Source of the DNA: Candidatus Zixiibacteriota bacterium
Lineage (GTDB): Bacteria > Zixibacteria > MSB-5A5 > UBA10806 > 4484-95
Assembly: GCA_037441845.1 (NCBI GenBank)
Contig: JBBIRK010000005.1
Coordinates: 128,001 to 192,000 of the forward strand
Length of the DNA: 64,000 nucleotides
Direction of reading: 5' to 3'
Both the position numbers and the translations under genes were made by a program. Under the pieces are notes generated by a model. It was not told where the DNA came from, did no database searches, and saw only the letters and a list, made by a program, of their open reading frames with translations. Numbering within the stretch: the stretch's first letter is position 1; each line of letters opens with the position of its first letter. Shown here in pieces: positions 50,843-60,428 of the stretch.

Positions 50843-51536
50843 GGCTATCTCCGATTTTTGGGGCTATTCCCGCGACAACCAGCACGAATTCACCCTTAGG
50901 CACGGCGTCTTCGAAAATTTTTTGCAATTCCGCCACGGTTCCCCGGTATGATTGTTCGAATTTCTTGGTCAATTCGCGCCCGATATAGGCTTGCCTTTGC
51001 CCGAACAATTCGGCCATTTTCGCCAATGTTTTTTTAAGCCTGCGTCCCGATTCGAAAAAGACCATGGTCCGTCTCTCTTCCGCCAGTTCCTGTAATCGAC
51101 GGCCGAGTTTTCCGGAGGATCGCGGCGGATAACCCTCAAAACAAAATCGGTCGGTCGGCAGGCCGCTTGCCACCAGACCGGCAAGCAACGCGGACGGTCC
51201 CGGTACCGGAATCACCTCGAGCGAATTCTCGATACACATCCGAACGATTCGGTACCCTGGATCCGAAATCAAAGGAGTGCCGGCATCGCTTGCCAAAGCA
51301 ACGTCGCCGCCCTCGAGCAAAACTTTCAGCAACATTTGCGCCGATTTTTCCTCGTTGTGCTCATGATAGGAAACGAGCCTGTTTTTCACTCCTATCTGTT
51401 TCAACAACAATCCGGTTCGCCGGGTATCCTCAGCGGCGATCAAATCCACGTCCTGCAACACTTCGATCGCCCGCCGGCTGATATCTTTCATATTGCCGAT
51501 CGGCGTAGATACGATAAACAGGTTCCCGCGGTTCAT
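50838..51536 (-). CDS. rsmI: 16S rRNA C1402 2'-O-methyltransferase
   Basis: TPIGNMKDIS, AAEDTR, SDAGTPLISDPG, RELTKKFE, KGEFVLV. Confidence 0.96.
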   Translation of the reverse strand: MNRGNLFIVSTPIGNMKDISRRAIEVLQDVDLIAAEDTRRTGLLLKQIGVKNRLVSYHEHNEEKSAQMLLKVLLEGGDVALASDAGTPLISDPGYRIVRMCIENSLEVIPVPGPSALLAGLVASGLPTDRFCFEGYPPRSSGKLGRRLQELAEERRTMVFFESGRRLKKTLAKMAELFGQRQAYIGRELTKKFEQSYRGTVAELQKIFEDAVPKGEFVLVVAGIAPKIGDSH

Positions 51537-51763
51537 CCACTATTTCCGATCCGACACGTTTTTGTCATCAATTCTTTCAACGCCGTCGAATTATCTTTTC
51601 GATTCTCCGAATGCGGTCTTTGATAATATCAGCATGCCGACCGCCAGGCAAGCAAAATGATACGCCTTGCAGTTCTCACCTGAACCTTTATTGCCCGTCG
51701 TCGATACGGGATGACTTTCCCTCGCTATCCCCCTGCCGGATCGAATCAAACCGGTTATTTGGA

Positions 51764-51792
51764 TTGACAGCAGCAAGCTATGCGGGTATTTT
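51764..51792 (+). promoter_or_regulatory. ssb promoter
   Basis: TTGACA-N17-TATTTT. Confidence 0.6.
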
Positions 51793-51820
51793 AACCAAAA
51801 AAATAACCCGCGGAGGCAAT

Positions 51821-52231
51821 ATGGCTTCAGTAAATAAGGCTATTCTTATCGGCAACCTCGGCAGCGATCCCGAACTGCGATATACGCCATCGGGCCAAGC
51901 CGTGGCCTCGTTCAGAATCGCCACCAGCGACCGCTGGCGCGACAAGGATGGACAGGTTCAGGAACGAACCGACTGGCATAATATAGTTTGCTGGGGACGC
52001 CAAGCGGAGATCGCCAATCAATATCTGAAAAAGGGACGGCCGGTCTATATCGAGGGCAGAATCCAGCATCGCAGTTATGAGGACAAAGACGGGAACAAAA
52101 GATTCATCACTGAGGTGATCGCCCAAAGGCTGCAACTCCTTGGCGGGCGCGCGGAGGCCGACAGCTCCGTGCCGGAAATTCCGGAGGCCCCTCCGGAGAC
52201 AACCGGCGAGGATGATGATTTGCCTTTTTAG
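51821..52231 (+). CDS. ssb: Single-stranded DNA-binding protein
   Basis: MASVNKAILIGNLGSDPELRYT, TDWHNIV, C-terminal DDDLPF; GGAGG RBS. Confidence 0.97.
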   Translation: MASVNKAILIGNLGSDPELRYTPSGQAVASFRIATSDRWRDKDGQVQERTDWHNIVCWGRQAEIANQYLKKGRPVYIEGRIQHRSYEDKDGNKRFITEVIAQRLQLLGGRAEADSSVPEIPEAPPETTGEDDDLPF

Positions 52232-52265
52232 CAGGACTATGAATTGACGCCGAATTAGTCTTGTT

Positions 52266-54068
52266 ATGAGGCGGTATTCGTTCATGGCGGCGGCCGGGGT
52301 TACACTCCTTGCCGCCATCGTTTATTACTGGGCATCGGCCCCTGGAGTTACCTATATCGATTCCGGCGAACTGGCGGCAAATTGCGCCAGTCTCGGCATC
52401 GCGCATCCCACCGGATACCCACTATACGTCTGTCTGGGCCGCCTGGCCGTGCTTTTGCCGGGATTGAATGCGATCAAAGGTTGCATTTTGCTTTCGGTAT
52501 TATTGGCGGCGTTTGCGGCAGGAGCTCTTTGTTATCTAATAAATCTCACGAGCGATGGCAAATCAGGAAAGCATTTTAGGATCGCGTCGGCCGCGGCGGC
52601 GCTTTTCATCTCGCTGGCTCCGGTCTGGTGGTCTCAGGGCACTGTCAACGAAGTTTACGGTTTGACCTTGCTGCTGAACCTGCTGACGCTTTGTCTTGCA
52701 ATAATGTTTCTCGGGCAAGGCAAAGTGCGCTATCTGATTGCCATGTTCTACCTTTGGGGATTGTCGCTCGGCTCTCACCTGAGTTCGATTTTTCTCTTGC
52801 CGGCGATCGCCTATGCGCTCTGGATTAAAGGGGCATTTTCCCGCAGGATGCGAACGAAACTGATGATCGCCGTGCTTTTCGGTATGATCGCATTGACAAT
52901 TTATCTTTACCTGCCCATACGTTCGGCTCATAAGCCCTTCTTGAATTGGAGCAACCCCGCCACCTGGCAGGGATTTCTCAATCATATTACCGGTTGGCAG
53001 TATCGCGTCTGGATGTTCACCTCGATTGACCACATGGTCAAAGGCATAGCTTACTTCAGGAAATTGATTTTTGCGCAAATCGGCCTTGTCGGCATTTTGC
53101 TGGCGGTGGTCGGTGGGATCGTTTCATTGCGCAAAAACCGAATGGTTGCAGTCATGATGTTCTTGATAATCGCCGCCGACGTTCTTTATAGCGCCAATTA
53201 TGAAATACCGGATATCGATGCTTATTACTTGATAGCGTTCGCCGCGACGGCCGTTTTAGTCGCCCATGGAATCGCGGCGACAGCCGGAATTATCGGACGA
53301 CTTTTTTCGCGAAATCGATCCGGACAGCTTCCTATGTACACGGCGATCACTATAGGATTGGGAATTTGCCTCTGGAGCTTTATATCCGGCATAAGATATC
53401 AGAACAGAAACGGGGATCGACTGGCCGAAAACGGCGTTAGCAACTTGCTTGATTCGTGCCCGGAAAAGGCCATCGTATTTATCGAAAACTGGGACATTTA
53501 CTCACCCTGGCTGTATTACCGCTATGTCGAGAACAGACGACCCGATGTGGTCTTTATCGATAAGGAATTGTTGAGGAGGTCCTGGTATGTCGATTTTTTG
53601 TTTCGTTATCATCCGGAAATAATGGCTGGAGCCCGTAAAGCCGCCGATAGATTTCTGCAATTGCTGAAGCCGTTTGAGACGGGCGGCCGCTATGACGGAG
53701 CGGCGCTTACGGAGGCGATGGTGACTTTAATCAAGGCCATTATAGAAAACAATAAACCTGCTCGGCCGATCTGCACGAATTTTATCGGGGGCCAGTTTTT
53801 CGAATTTCAAAAAATATATCTGCCTTCGGGGGCGCTGTTTTATCTGGCGGACAGCCTTTATTATATCCCCTCGGATACATCGATTATCGACATCTCGGCA
53901 TGGGAAAAAGGAGGCCCGCTGGTGGACAACCGGGCGAAAGTCGTGCTTGGACAGATACAGCGGGTCGTCACCTCAAGGGTCATCTATTGCCAGAATTTCG
54001 AGCGGCAGGCGGAATCGGCTGCCTGGCGACGGCTGGCCGAGCGGATCCGGAGGATCATGACGAAATAA
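52266..54068 (+). CDS. DUF2723 / TMEM260-like GT-C membrane protein
   Basis: DSGEL..LGIAHPTGYPLY, WSQG..NEVY, YLYLPIRS, NW.NP, RPDV. Confidence 0.85.
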   Translation: MRRYSFMAAAGVTLLAAIVYYWASAPGVTYIDSGELAANCASLGIAHPTGYPLYVCLGRLAVLLPGLNAIKGCILLSVLLAAFAAGALCYLINLTSDGKSGKHFRIASAAAALFISLAPVWWSQGTVNEVYGLTLLLNLLTLCLAIMFLGQGKVRYLIAMFYLWGLSLGSHLSSIFLLPAIAYALWIKGAFSRRMRTKLMIAVLFGMIALTIYLYLPIRSAHKPFLNWSNPATWQGFLNHITGWQYRVWMFTSIDHMVKGIAYFRKLIFAQIGLVGILLAVVGGIVSLRKNRMVAVMMFLIIAADVLYSANYEIPDIDAYYLIAFAATAVLVAHGIAATAGIIGRLFSRNRSGQLPMYTAITIGLGICLWSFISGIRYQNRNGDRLAENGVSNLLDSCPEKAIVFIENWDIYSPWLYYRYVENRRPDVVFIDKELLRRSWYVDFLFRYHPEIMAGARKAADRFLQLLKPFETGGRYDGAALTEAMVTLIKAIIENNKPARPICTNFIGGQFFEFQKIYLPSGALFYLADSLYYIPSDTSIIDISAWEKGGPLVDNRAKVVLGQIQRVVTSRVIYCQNFERQAESAAWRRLAERIRRIMTK

Positions 54069-54398
54069 CTTCGGGCGAACGGCCGTTCACGACGTCTTTC
54101 ATGCCGGATCTTTACATCTTCGCATCTAATCCTACCGACCCAAATCGCCGATGAATCGGCTGAATATATCGCCATTATTCAAAATCATAATATAGATTTT
54201 TGCTGAAATAGAAAAAAGGCAATCGGATTGATAAGGCTTCGTTTGCAGGCAATACGCGTTCAAGTTTAGTCGTATTGACATGCCGCGAGAAAATAATGCT
54301 TAATTATGTAGCGGATTATGTCGGATTATCGAAGCCGATGATACGATTCAAACTTGGTAAGCCGAAGCCGTATGCGCGACATCGGCGCATTGATGGAT

Positions 54399-55115
54399 TT
54401 AATATCGCGCCAGCATATCGGCCGCCTGCTTGGCCTCATCAGTGCCCGGATAATCTTTCACCACATCTTGAAAATATTGTTTGGCCTTGGTCTTTAATTT
54501 CTGATTGAAAAGAGACATCCCAAGTTTATATTTGGCCGCCGCTATTTTCTCGGAATCGGGGTAATCTTTCAGCAGGCGCTCATAAATCGCTTGGCTCTTG
54601 GCGTAATCTTTTTGGGTATAATGACATTCGCCGATCCAGTAGAGCGCGTTGTCGGAACGGGCGGTTTTCGGATAGCGCGCGAGAAATTCCTCGAATCCTT
54701 TTATGGCCATCTTATAATCGCCGCGAGTCAGGTCCAAATAGGCCGCCTTATAAAGTCTGTCCGCATCGATATTGCCGGTTTGCGCTGTATCCGATCCTGC
54801 TATTGGCGCCGATTTCGTCTCGATCTTTTCGACGGCCTGATTCACCAGCGCGCCGGCGTCGGCCAATCTCGATTCCACCTGCGACATTTTCTGCTGGAGT
54901 TCTTCCATGCCGCTGTTAAACTCGGCTTTCAGCCGGCGTGAATTGACGACCTGTTCCGCCATCAGCGAATCCAACCTGACCAGCATCGATTTCATTTCCT
55001 GCTGCTCCGCAGCCAATTCGTCAAGCCTAAGCTGCACGTTGGACATCTGGCGATGGGTCGCGCATCCGCCCAAAAAGAGCAAGGCTAACGGATAAAAGAC
55101 AAAAAAGCGTTTCAT
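54399..55115 (-). CDS. cpoB: Tol-Pal system protein YbgF/CpoB (lipoprotein, TPR)
   Basis: LGGC lipobox, coiled coil, NALYWIGEC, YP-containing TPRs; downstream of pal. Confidence 0.9.
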   Translation of the reverse strand: MKRFFVFYPLALLFLGGCATHRQMSNVQLRLDELAAEQQEMKSMLVRLDSLMAEQVVNSRRLKAEFNSGMEELQQKMSQVESRLADAGALVNQAVEKIETKSAPIAGSDTAQTGNIDADRLYKAAYLDLTRGDYKMAIKGFEEFLARYPKTARSDNALYWIGECHYTQKDYAKSQAIYERLLKDYPDSEKIAAAKYKLGMSLFNQKLKTKAKQYFQDVVKDYPGTDEAKQAADMLARY

Positions 55116-55166
55116 CGTTATAATATACTCCTTAGTCACCGCCGAAGTTCATACCGCTAATTCAAG

Positions 55167-55196
55167 AAAAAAGGGGACACGGCTTTGCGTGTCCCC
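55167..55196 (-). terminator. Intrinsic terminator after pal
   Basis: GGGGACACG-N6-CGTGTCCCC followed by T6. Confidence 0.8.
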
Positions 55197-55318
55197 ATGG
55201 CGAACTTTCGCGGATCACCGTTTGATTTAGTGGTGCCTTGGCGGCGACATTCGCGAAACCGAACCTTGGTCGTCCCGAAACCTGCACCTTGCGCGGTTCA
55301 AAAACAGCATGCGGTGCT

Positions 55319-55822
55319 TTATTCGGAAACGATATGGAATTCGGCCCGGCGGTTCTTCGCCCAGGCGTCCTCGTTGCTTCCGAATGCCACAGGTTTCGAT
55401 TCGCCGTAACTGATAATCGAAATCCTATCGGCGGCGATGCCGTAATTTATCAAGTAATCTCTGGCGGTCGCGGCGCGTTTTTCGCCGAGAGCCATGTTAT
55501 ACGCATCGGAACCGCGTTCGTCGCAATGGCCCTCTATTCTAATCACCGCCGTTGACCTTTCCTGCAATGCGGCGGCGTTTTGGGCCATAATATCCCGGGC
55601 ATCCGGCCGTAGATTGTACTTGTCAAAATCGAAATGTATGGTCGTAAGTTCGGGCTTTGGCGCCGGTGGTGGTGGTGGTGGTGGCGGCGGCGGCGGCGGC
55701 GTAGTAGTATCGGCAACCGGTGGCGGCGGCGGTGGGGGAGGCGGTTGTTTCTTGGGACAACCGCTAAATAAAACCGCCAGCATTAAAGCCAGCATCATCA
55801 GAACAGCAATTTTCTTCATCAC
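55319..55822 (-). CDS. pal: Peptidoglycan-associated lipoprotein with polyproline linker
   Basis: FSGC lipobox, IHFDFDK, IEGHCDERG..YNMALGEKRA, SYGE, NRRAEF. Confidence 0.96.
   Translation of the reverse strand: MMKKIAVLMMLALMLAVLFSGCPKKQPPPPPPPPPVADTTTPPPPPPPPPPPPAPKPELTTIHFDFDKYNLRPDARDIMAQNAAALQERSTAVIRIEGHCDERGSDAYNMALGEKRAATARDYLINYGIAADRISIISYGESKPVAFGSNEDAWAKNRRAEFHIVSE
55664..55744 (-). repeat. CCN trinucleotide runs encoding P9 and P12
   Basis: (TGG)6(CGG)5 on the plus strand plus a second mixed CCN run. Confidence 0.9.
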
Positions 55823-55852
55823 GTATTACCTCCTTTATTCGAAACAGGTTTA

Positions 55853-57178
55853 TTAGTGCAAATTCGGTGACCAATCCGGGGATTTGCATTCGCCGCCGAT
55901 CGGGAGTTTGGTCTTTCCGGTACCGTCATAATTCATTATCCACAATCCCCGTTCACCATCGGCGTTCGATGAATAAACGATATGAAGACCATCCGGCGAC
56001 CATGAAGGCGCCTCGTTCGATCCCCAATCCGTCAATTTATAAGCATTTTGTCCGGTAATGTCAACTGCATAAATCTGAAACAACCCGTTCTCCCTCGAAG
56101 TGTAGGCTATCAAATCGCCGCGGGGTGACCACGCCGGTTCAGTATTGTAATCGCCGAGATAAGTCAACCGCCGCGTATTCGCGCCCTCGATATCGGCTAT
56201 GTAAATCTGAGGGCTGCCGCTTCTATCGGAGGTGAAAGCCATTTGACGCGAATTCGGCGACCATGTCGGCGAGGTATCGATCGAAGGCGAAAAAGTCACT
56301 TGGCGCAATATTTTTCCGCTCTTGCTGTCTATAAGATAAATCTCGGCGTTCTCTTCGAACGATAACACCACCGCCAGATAATTGCCATCGGGGGACATAG
56401 CGGCTTCATAATTTAGACCTTGACGGGTGGATATGGCGTTAATCGAGCTTTGTAGAAAATCGATATAATAGAGATCGGGATTCCCTCGGCTATACGAAGT
56501 GAAAAAAAGTCCGTTGCCGGCGCTGCTCCACGAAGGTAATAGATTCAGGGTGTTACGGAATCTCGAATCGCTCAATGCCGGGATAGGATTGTATCCATCG
56601 AAATCGCAAACGTAAATTTCAGAATTATTCCCCGATTTAACGACGTAGGCTATTTTCGAAAAAAACACGCCCCTTTCCCCGGTCAATGTATATAGAAGAT
56701 CATCGGCTACGCGGTGGGCAAGATACCTAAATCGCCCCGGCTCGCCGAGGAATTCGTGGGAATAAACCAATCGGTTGCGCATCACGTCCACAACCTCGAC
56801 ATTCATCGCCAGCATAGACTCGTTTTTCGTCAGTCGGCAATCGATCAGCATCTGCGCCCCCACATATATCCAATCGTCCAGGCTCATATGCCCGCGGGCA
56901 AAATCGTGCAGAAACGCCGAATCGGGCCGCACGATGTTGAAATACAACGTGAATAACAAATCGCGCTCGAGAATCCGTCTTAGGCTATCTGCGATCGCCG
57001 AATCGGCCGAATCGAATCCTTGATCCAATTCGAATGGATTTATCGCCAAAGTAACCAGCGATATGGCCGGACCCTTGATTATTACGCCGCTCACGTCGGT
57101 TTTCTGGGCGATGGCGGGAGAAATTGCGAAAATCTCCGCCAGAGCGAATATCCAAATCGCCAGCAGACACTTTTTCAT
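55853..57178 (-). CDS. tolB: Tol-Pal beta-propeller protein
   Basis: AHRVAD, KIAYV, repeated PxWSP (PD40), FTSDRSGSPQIY. Confidence 0.93.
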   Translation of the reverse strand: MKKCLLAIWIFALAEIFAISPAIAQKTDVSGVIIKGPAISLVTLAINPFELDQGFDSADSAIADSLRRILERDLLFTLYFNIVRPDSAFLHDFARGHMSLDDWIYVGAQMLIDCRLTKNESMLAMNVEVVDVMRNRLVYSHEFLGEPGRFRYLAHRVADDLLYTLTGERGVFFSKIAYVVKSGNNSEIYVCDFDGYNPIPALSDSRFRNTLNLLPSWSSAGNGLFFTSYSRGNPDLYYIDFLQSSINAISTRQGLNYEAAMSPDGNYLAVVLSFEENAEIYLIDSKSGKILRQVTFSPSIDTSPTWSPNSRQMAFTSDRSGSPQIYIADIEGANTRRLTYLGDYNTEPAWSPRGDLIAYTSRENGLFQIYAVDITGQNAYKLTDWGSNEAPSWSPDGLHIVYSSNADGERGLWIMNYDGTGKTKLPIGGECKSPDWSPNLH

Positions 57179-57186
57179 TAGCGGCA

Positions 57187-57215
57187 AGTATATTAAACAC
57201 GGTTATCGCTGTCAA
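57187..57215 (-). promoter_or_regulatory. Near-consensus promoter directly abutting the tolB start
   Basis: TTGACA-N17-TATACT with ATG 8 nt downstream. Confidence 0.7.
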
Positions 57216-57498
57216 TCGATACATTGACGAATTTGCCGAAATATAGAATAACATCAAGTTTTATGGGGACATCATAATCAGATACAAGCGATAAACGACT
57301 TTTGAATACTGACATCCGATAATTTAACGATCATTCAGGCTAAGGCGATTATCCGAACGTTATTGCCGAATACGAGAGAAACGGCATGCAGGTCGAAAAA
57401 GAAAATCGTCTATATAATGGTAGTAGATGCTTCTCAGGCACGCACCGCAAAATCAAGCATCCACTTTTCCGGCTCTCGAACACCGTCGAATTTACAAT

Positions 57499-59961
57499 CT
57501 ATCGACAGCTTCCCCTGATAGGGGCTGAGCCCAGACCTTTGAAATAGCGAACGAGATAAGTCACGTCACCGGCCATGACCAAGCAGTCGCCATTGGCGTC
57601 ACCCGCCAATATCGGATTCGGGGGCGGATTCGTCCCCTTGAAATATCCCACCAAATAGGTTACATCCGAACCTCTTACGGAACCGTCACGGTTGGCATCG
57701 CCAGGCAGGTATGCCAAAGTATCGACCAAAGTAGTCGTCTCGCCGGCGCCGCTGAAATTCTCGACGTTGCCGACATTATCGATGCTTAAAGCCTCGAAAC
57801 GATAAGTCTCGCCGTGATCGCCCACATAAATCGCTGAAGTCTCCGCAACGTTATTCAGCCATAAAAACCAAGCCTCGGCGTTGATTTTTACCCAGACGTC
57901 ATACATTCCCGACAACCCGGAGCCGCCGGTGTCCATCCCCCTTGTCCAATTCACCACAAAGGATCGGCTGGCCGAGGTTTCGGGCGAAATCGCCATGGAG
58001 TTTTGCGGCCTTATTCCGTCGAACTGCAATACCGCCATTGCGAAATTTTGATGATTAACGTTGCCGGCATTGTCTTGAAGCCAAACGTATAAATTGGTCA
58101 CCCCGGAAACGCTGAGCGTAATAGTTGACGGTGAATAGGGCATCGATCCGGTAGTGTCGAAATAATTGGTCGGCGGCAAACCAAGACGATAAAGCGCGCG
58201 TCTTATGCCGCTGAAATCACTCGGATTGCTCCAATTGATTTCGAAAACAGGATTCGAAGTCCAAGGGCTGGGGTTTGCGCCGTTGGCCAGCAAGTTCGTC
58301 GGAGCCCCGGGCGCGGTGGCGTCTATGCCTATCGTCCAAACGCTGGACCATCCCGACCAAGCCGTGCCGTTGAATGCCCTCACCCTCCAGTAGAAAATCG
58401 CCTCCGCCATATTGGTTGCCGGTGTATACTGCGATACGGTAAGATTGCTGTTTTCGAATTCGGGAGAGGCGAAATTTGAGTTATTGTCGATCTGAATGTG
58501 GTAACGGGTAGCCCCGGCAACGTCAGAAAAATCGAAAGACGGTCGGCGATTACTGCTATACGATCCATTTTGGGGTGAAATCTGCGCCGGGGCCGAGGGT
58601 GCATTGATTACCGCCAAATCCGCGGTCATTATTTGCGCCGAATTAGATATGTTGGTGATCGCTACATAGGTGTTGGCATCGCTGTAGCTACGCGAGTTCG
58701 GCGTGCTGGTATTATTGAATGTGCGGTTGACGGAGCTTCCCGGGTAAGGATCGCCGTTGTCTCCGCTGTTGATATCCTGTTCCAAGTCCCAATCGCCGTC
58801 AGCCTGCTCGAGAGCAACCTGGTAATGGCCGTTGTCGGTGTATCCCGGATACCATTGATTGTTGTTTCCACTGACCGAATTATCCACGTGATAAATCAGA
58901 AGCCCTTGGGACGGCAAGGCGGCATCGTAACTGGTCTGCCGGCGATTCTCAACCAGAAAGTATTGGTTGCCGGATGCCCCGCCCGTCCAGAGCCTATAGA
59001 CCACTCCTGAATCCACCACCGCGGGGATCTGCACCCCAGTGCTGTTGGTGGTTACGTTGATTGCCGAAGCGAAACCGAGAAAAACCCGCGAATAAGCATC
59101 CGGGAATGCAGGAGAGTTGCCGTTAGTGCCGTTCCAGCTTCCACCAGCCATCAAAGACCAATTGCCCAGCCCGCGCGAATCGTAGTCGTAATCGTAAAAA
59201 TCGGGCAAGCCGAATACATGTCCGAGCTCATGGGCATACACGCCGCAGGTCATATCGCCCGGGCTCGACCAGTATTCCGGTTCCATCGAATAACCGTTGA
59301 CCCAAACGCCGTCCACGTAGGGATCGAACACGCATTCCCAGGCGTGCGACCATATGTCATTGACGCTTCCGCTGTACTCAGCCCCGCGCCCGGCATGGAC
59401 GATAAAAAGCGCATCTACGGTTCCGTCTCCGTCGTTATCATATTGGGAAAAATCCACGGATGAATTCACTGCCCAAACCGCATCCTCGGCCAACTTCTGG
59501 GCATTATGCGGATAGCTGCCGAATCCATAATTGCCATCGACATAATAAGCATAGGTTTGCGGCATCGTTCGCCAACCCAGCGCCGATGGCAGATTCACGG
59601 TTATGATATCGAGACTGCCGCGCGATGCGGCCGAATAAAAATTGCGCACAGTGTTTCCGGTGGCGCCGAAAATCAGATTGTCGAAAGATGACGCCGCGGT
59701 TTGATTATTCTTATCCGTGAACTTAACCAGAATCGCCAGCGCCTTGAACTGCCCGGTAGGCTGATCGAGCGCCGCCATGCGGTTCGGTTTGCCCTGATCG
59801 ATCCCTCTTTCAACGAAAAAGTTAGGATCCTGCATGAAGACCGGTTTTTCGATTTCCCCCCTATCGATCATTTCGATCACTCTCGGGTGAGGCGGCATGG
59901 CTAAGGCCGTAACCGCCGATAAGCCGATCACCCAAATTGCCACCGAGCGGATTTTATTCAT
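57499..59961 (-). CDS. Secreted M6 (immune inhibitor A-like) metalloprotease with Ig/Fn3-like domains and a C-terminal dockerin
   Basis: Signal peptide, AHELGHVFGLPDFYD, WSLMAGGSW, YFLVENR, GLLIYHVD; duplicated GDAN.D repeats at the C-terminus. Confidence 0.92.
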   Translation of the reverse strand: MNKIRSVAIWVIGLSAVTALAMPPHPRVIEMIDRGEIEKPVFMQDPNFFVERGIDQGKPNRMAALDQPTGQFKALAILVKFTDKNNQTAASSFDNLIFGATGNTVRNFYSAASRGSLDIITVNLPSALGWRTMPQTYAYYVDGNYGFGSYPHNAQKLAEDAVWAVNSSVDFSQYDNDGDGTVDALFIVHAGRGAEYSGSVNDIWSHAWECVFDPYVDGVWVNGYSMEPEYWSSPGDMTCGVYAHELGHVFGLPDFYDYDYDSRGLGNWSLMAGGSWNGTNGNSPAFPDAYSRVFLGFASAINVTTNSTGVQIPAVVDSGVVYRLWTGGASGNQYFLVENRRQTSYDAALPSQGLLIYHVDNSVSGNNNQWYPGYTDNGHYQVALEQADGDWDLEQDINSGDNGDPYPGSSVNRTFNNTSTPNSRSYSDANTYVAITNISNSAQIMTADLAVINAPSAPAQISPQNGSYSSNRRPSFDFSDVAGATRYHIQIDNNSNFASPEFENSNLTVSQYTPATNMAEAIFYWRVRAFNGTAWSGWSSVWTIGIDATAPGAPTNLLANGANPSPWTSNPVFEINWSNPSDFSGIRRALYRLGLPPTNYFDTTGSMPYSPSTITLSVSGVTNLYVWLQDNAGNVNHQNFAMAVLQFDGIRPQNSMAISPETSASRSFVVNWTRGMDTGGSGLSGMYDVWVKINAEAWFLWLNNVAETSAIYVGDHGETYRFEALSIDNVGNVENFSGAGETTTLVDTLAYLPGDANRDGSVRGSDVTYLVGYFKGTNPPPNPILAGDANGDCLVMAGDVTYLVRYFKGLGSAPIRGSCR

Positions 59962-60428
59962 ATGAACTCCCCGAAATTACCTAAATGGCCCGCTTTGAAG
60001 ATCGGGCCCGAAATTGAACTCCGTAACCATAATTTATCGCAAACCGCCGATTTTACAAGCGCAAAAATTCGGGAAATCGATATTAGGAAAATTATCAACA
60101 GAACCACCGCCGCAAGTAACCATATCTGCCATGAATAACATTCAAATCCGCCATGAAGTTTCTTTTATTGCCCCAAAAGGCAAGATATTCGCGAATCATG
60201 CCGTTTTCCACTTCAAAGACATGCCACCGGCATTCGAAACAATCAACCGGAATGAGATAATCATTGAGAGCAAAGCATATCGCCCACTAAGCTTCTCTCT
60301 GTTCGTCAATTATTACAATAGGTCGAAAACAATAGCAGGTGAATCGCCTATCGATAACAGAAAGCCTGCTTTAAGACTTCGCGTAAACAATAACGATTAT
60401 AATTCGGTCGAACTCTAAATTAGTTTTC

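Noticed and set aside
51611..51820. N-terminal extensions in the ORF track for ssb (also folC, tmk, wecB, cpoB)
   Set aside because: Family N-termini, RBS positions and stop/start overlaps point to downstream starts.
54069..54398. Small gene or antisense promoter in the convergent intergenic region (TTGACA near 54275)
   Set aside because: No well-spaced -10 box or RBS-supported ORF.
55173..55318. 6S RNA or c-di-GMP riboswitch (CACCTTG...GGTTCAAAAAC; GGGACACGCAAAGCC)
   Set aside because: Only short motif resemblance; the GCAAAGCC is a terminator loop, and I could not build the full rod or aptamer structure.
60014..60418. 134-aa plus-strand ORF
   Set aside because: TTG start without an RBS, AT-rich, no motif; more likely the regulatory region of the M6 protease.
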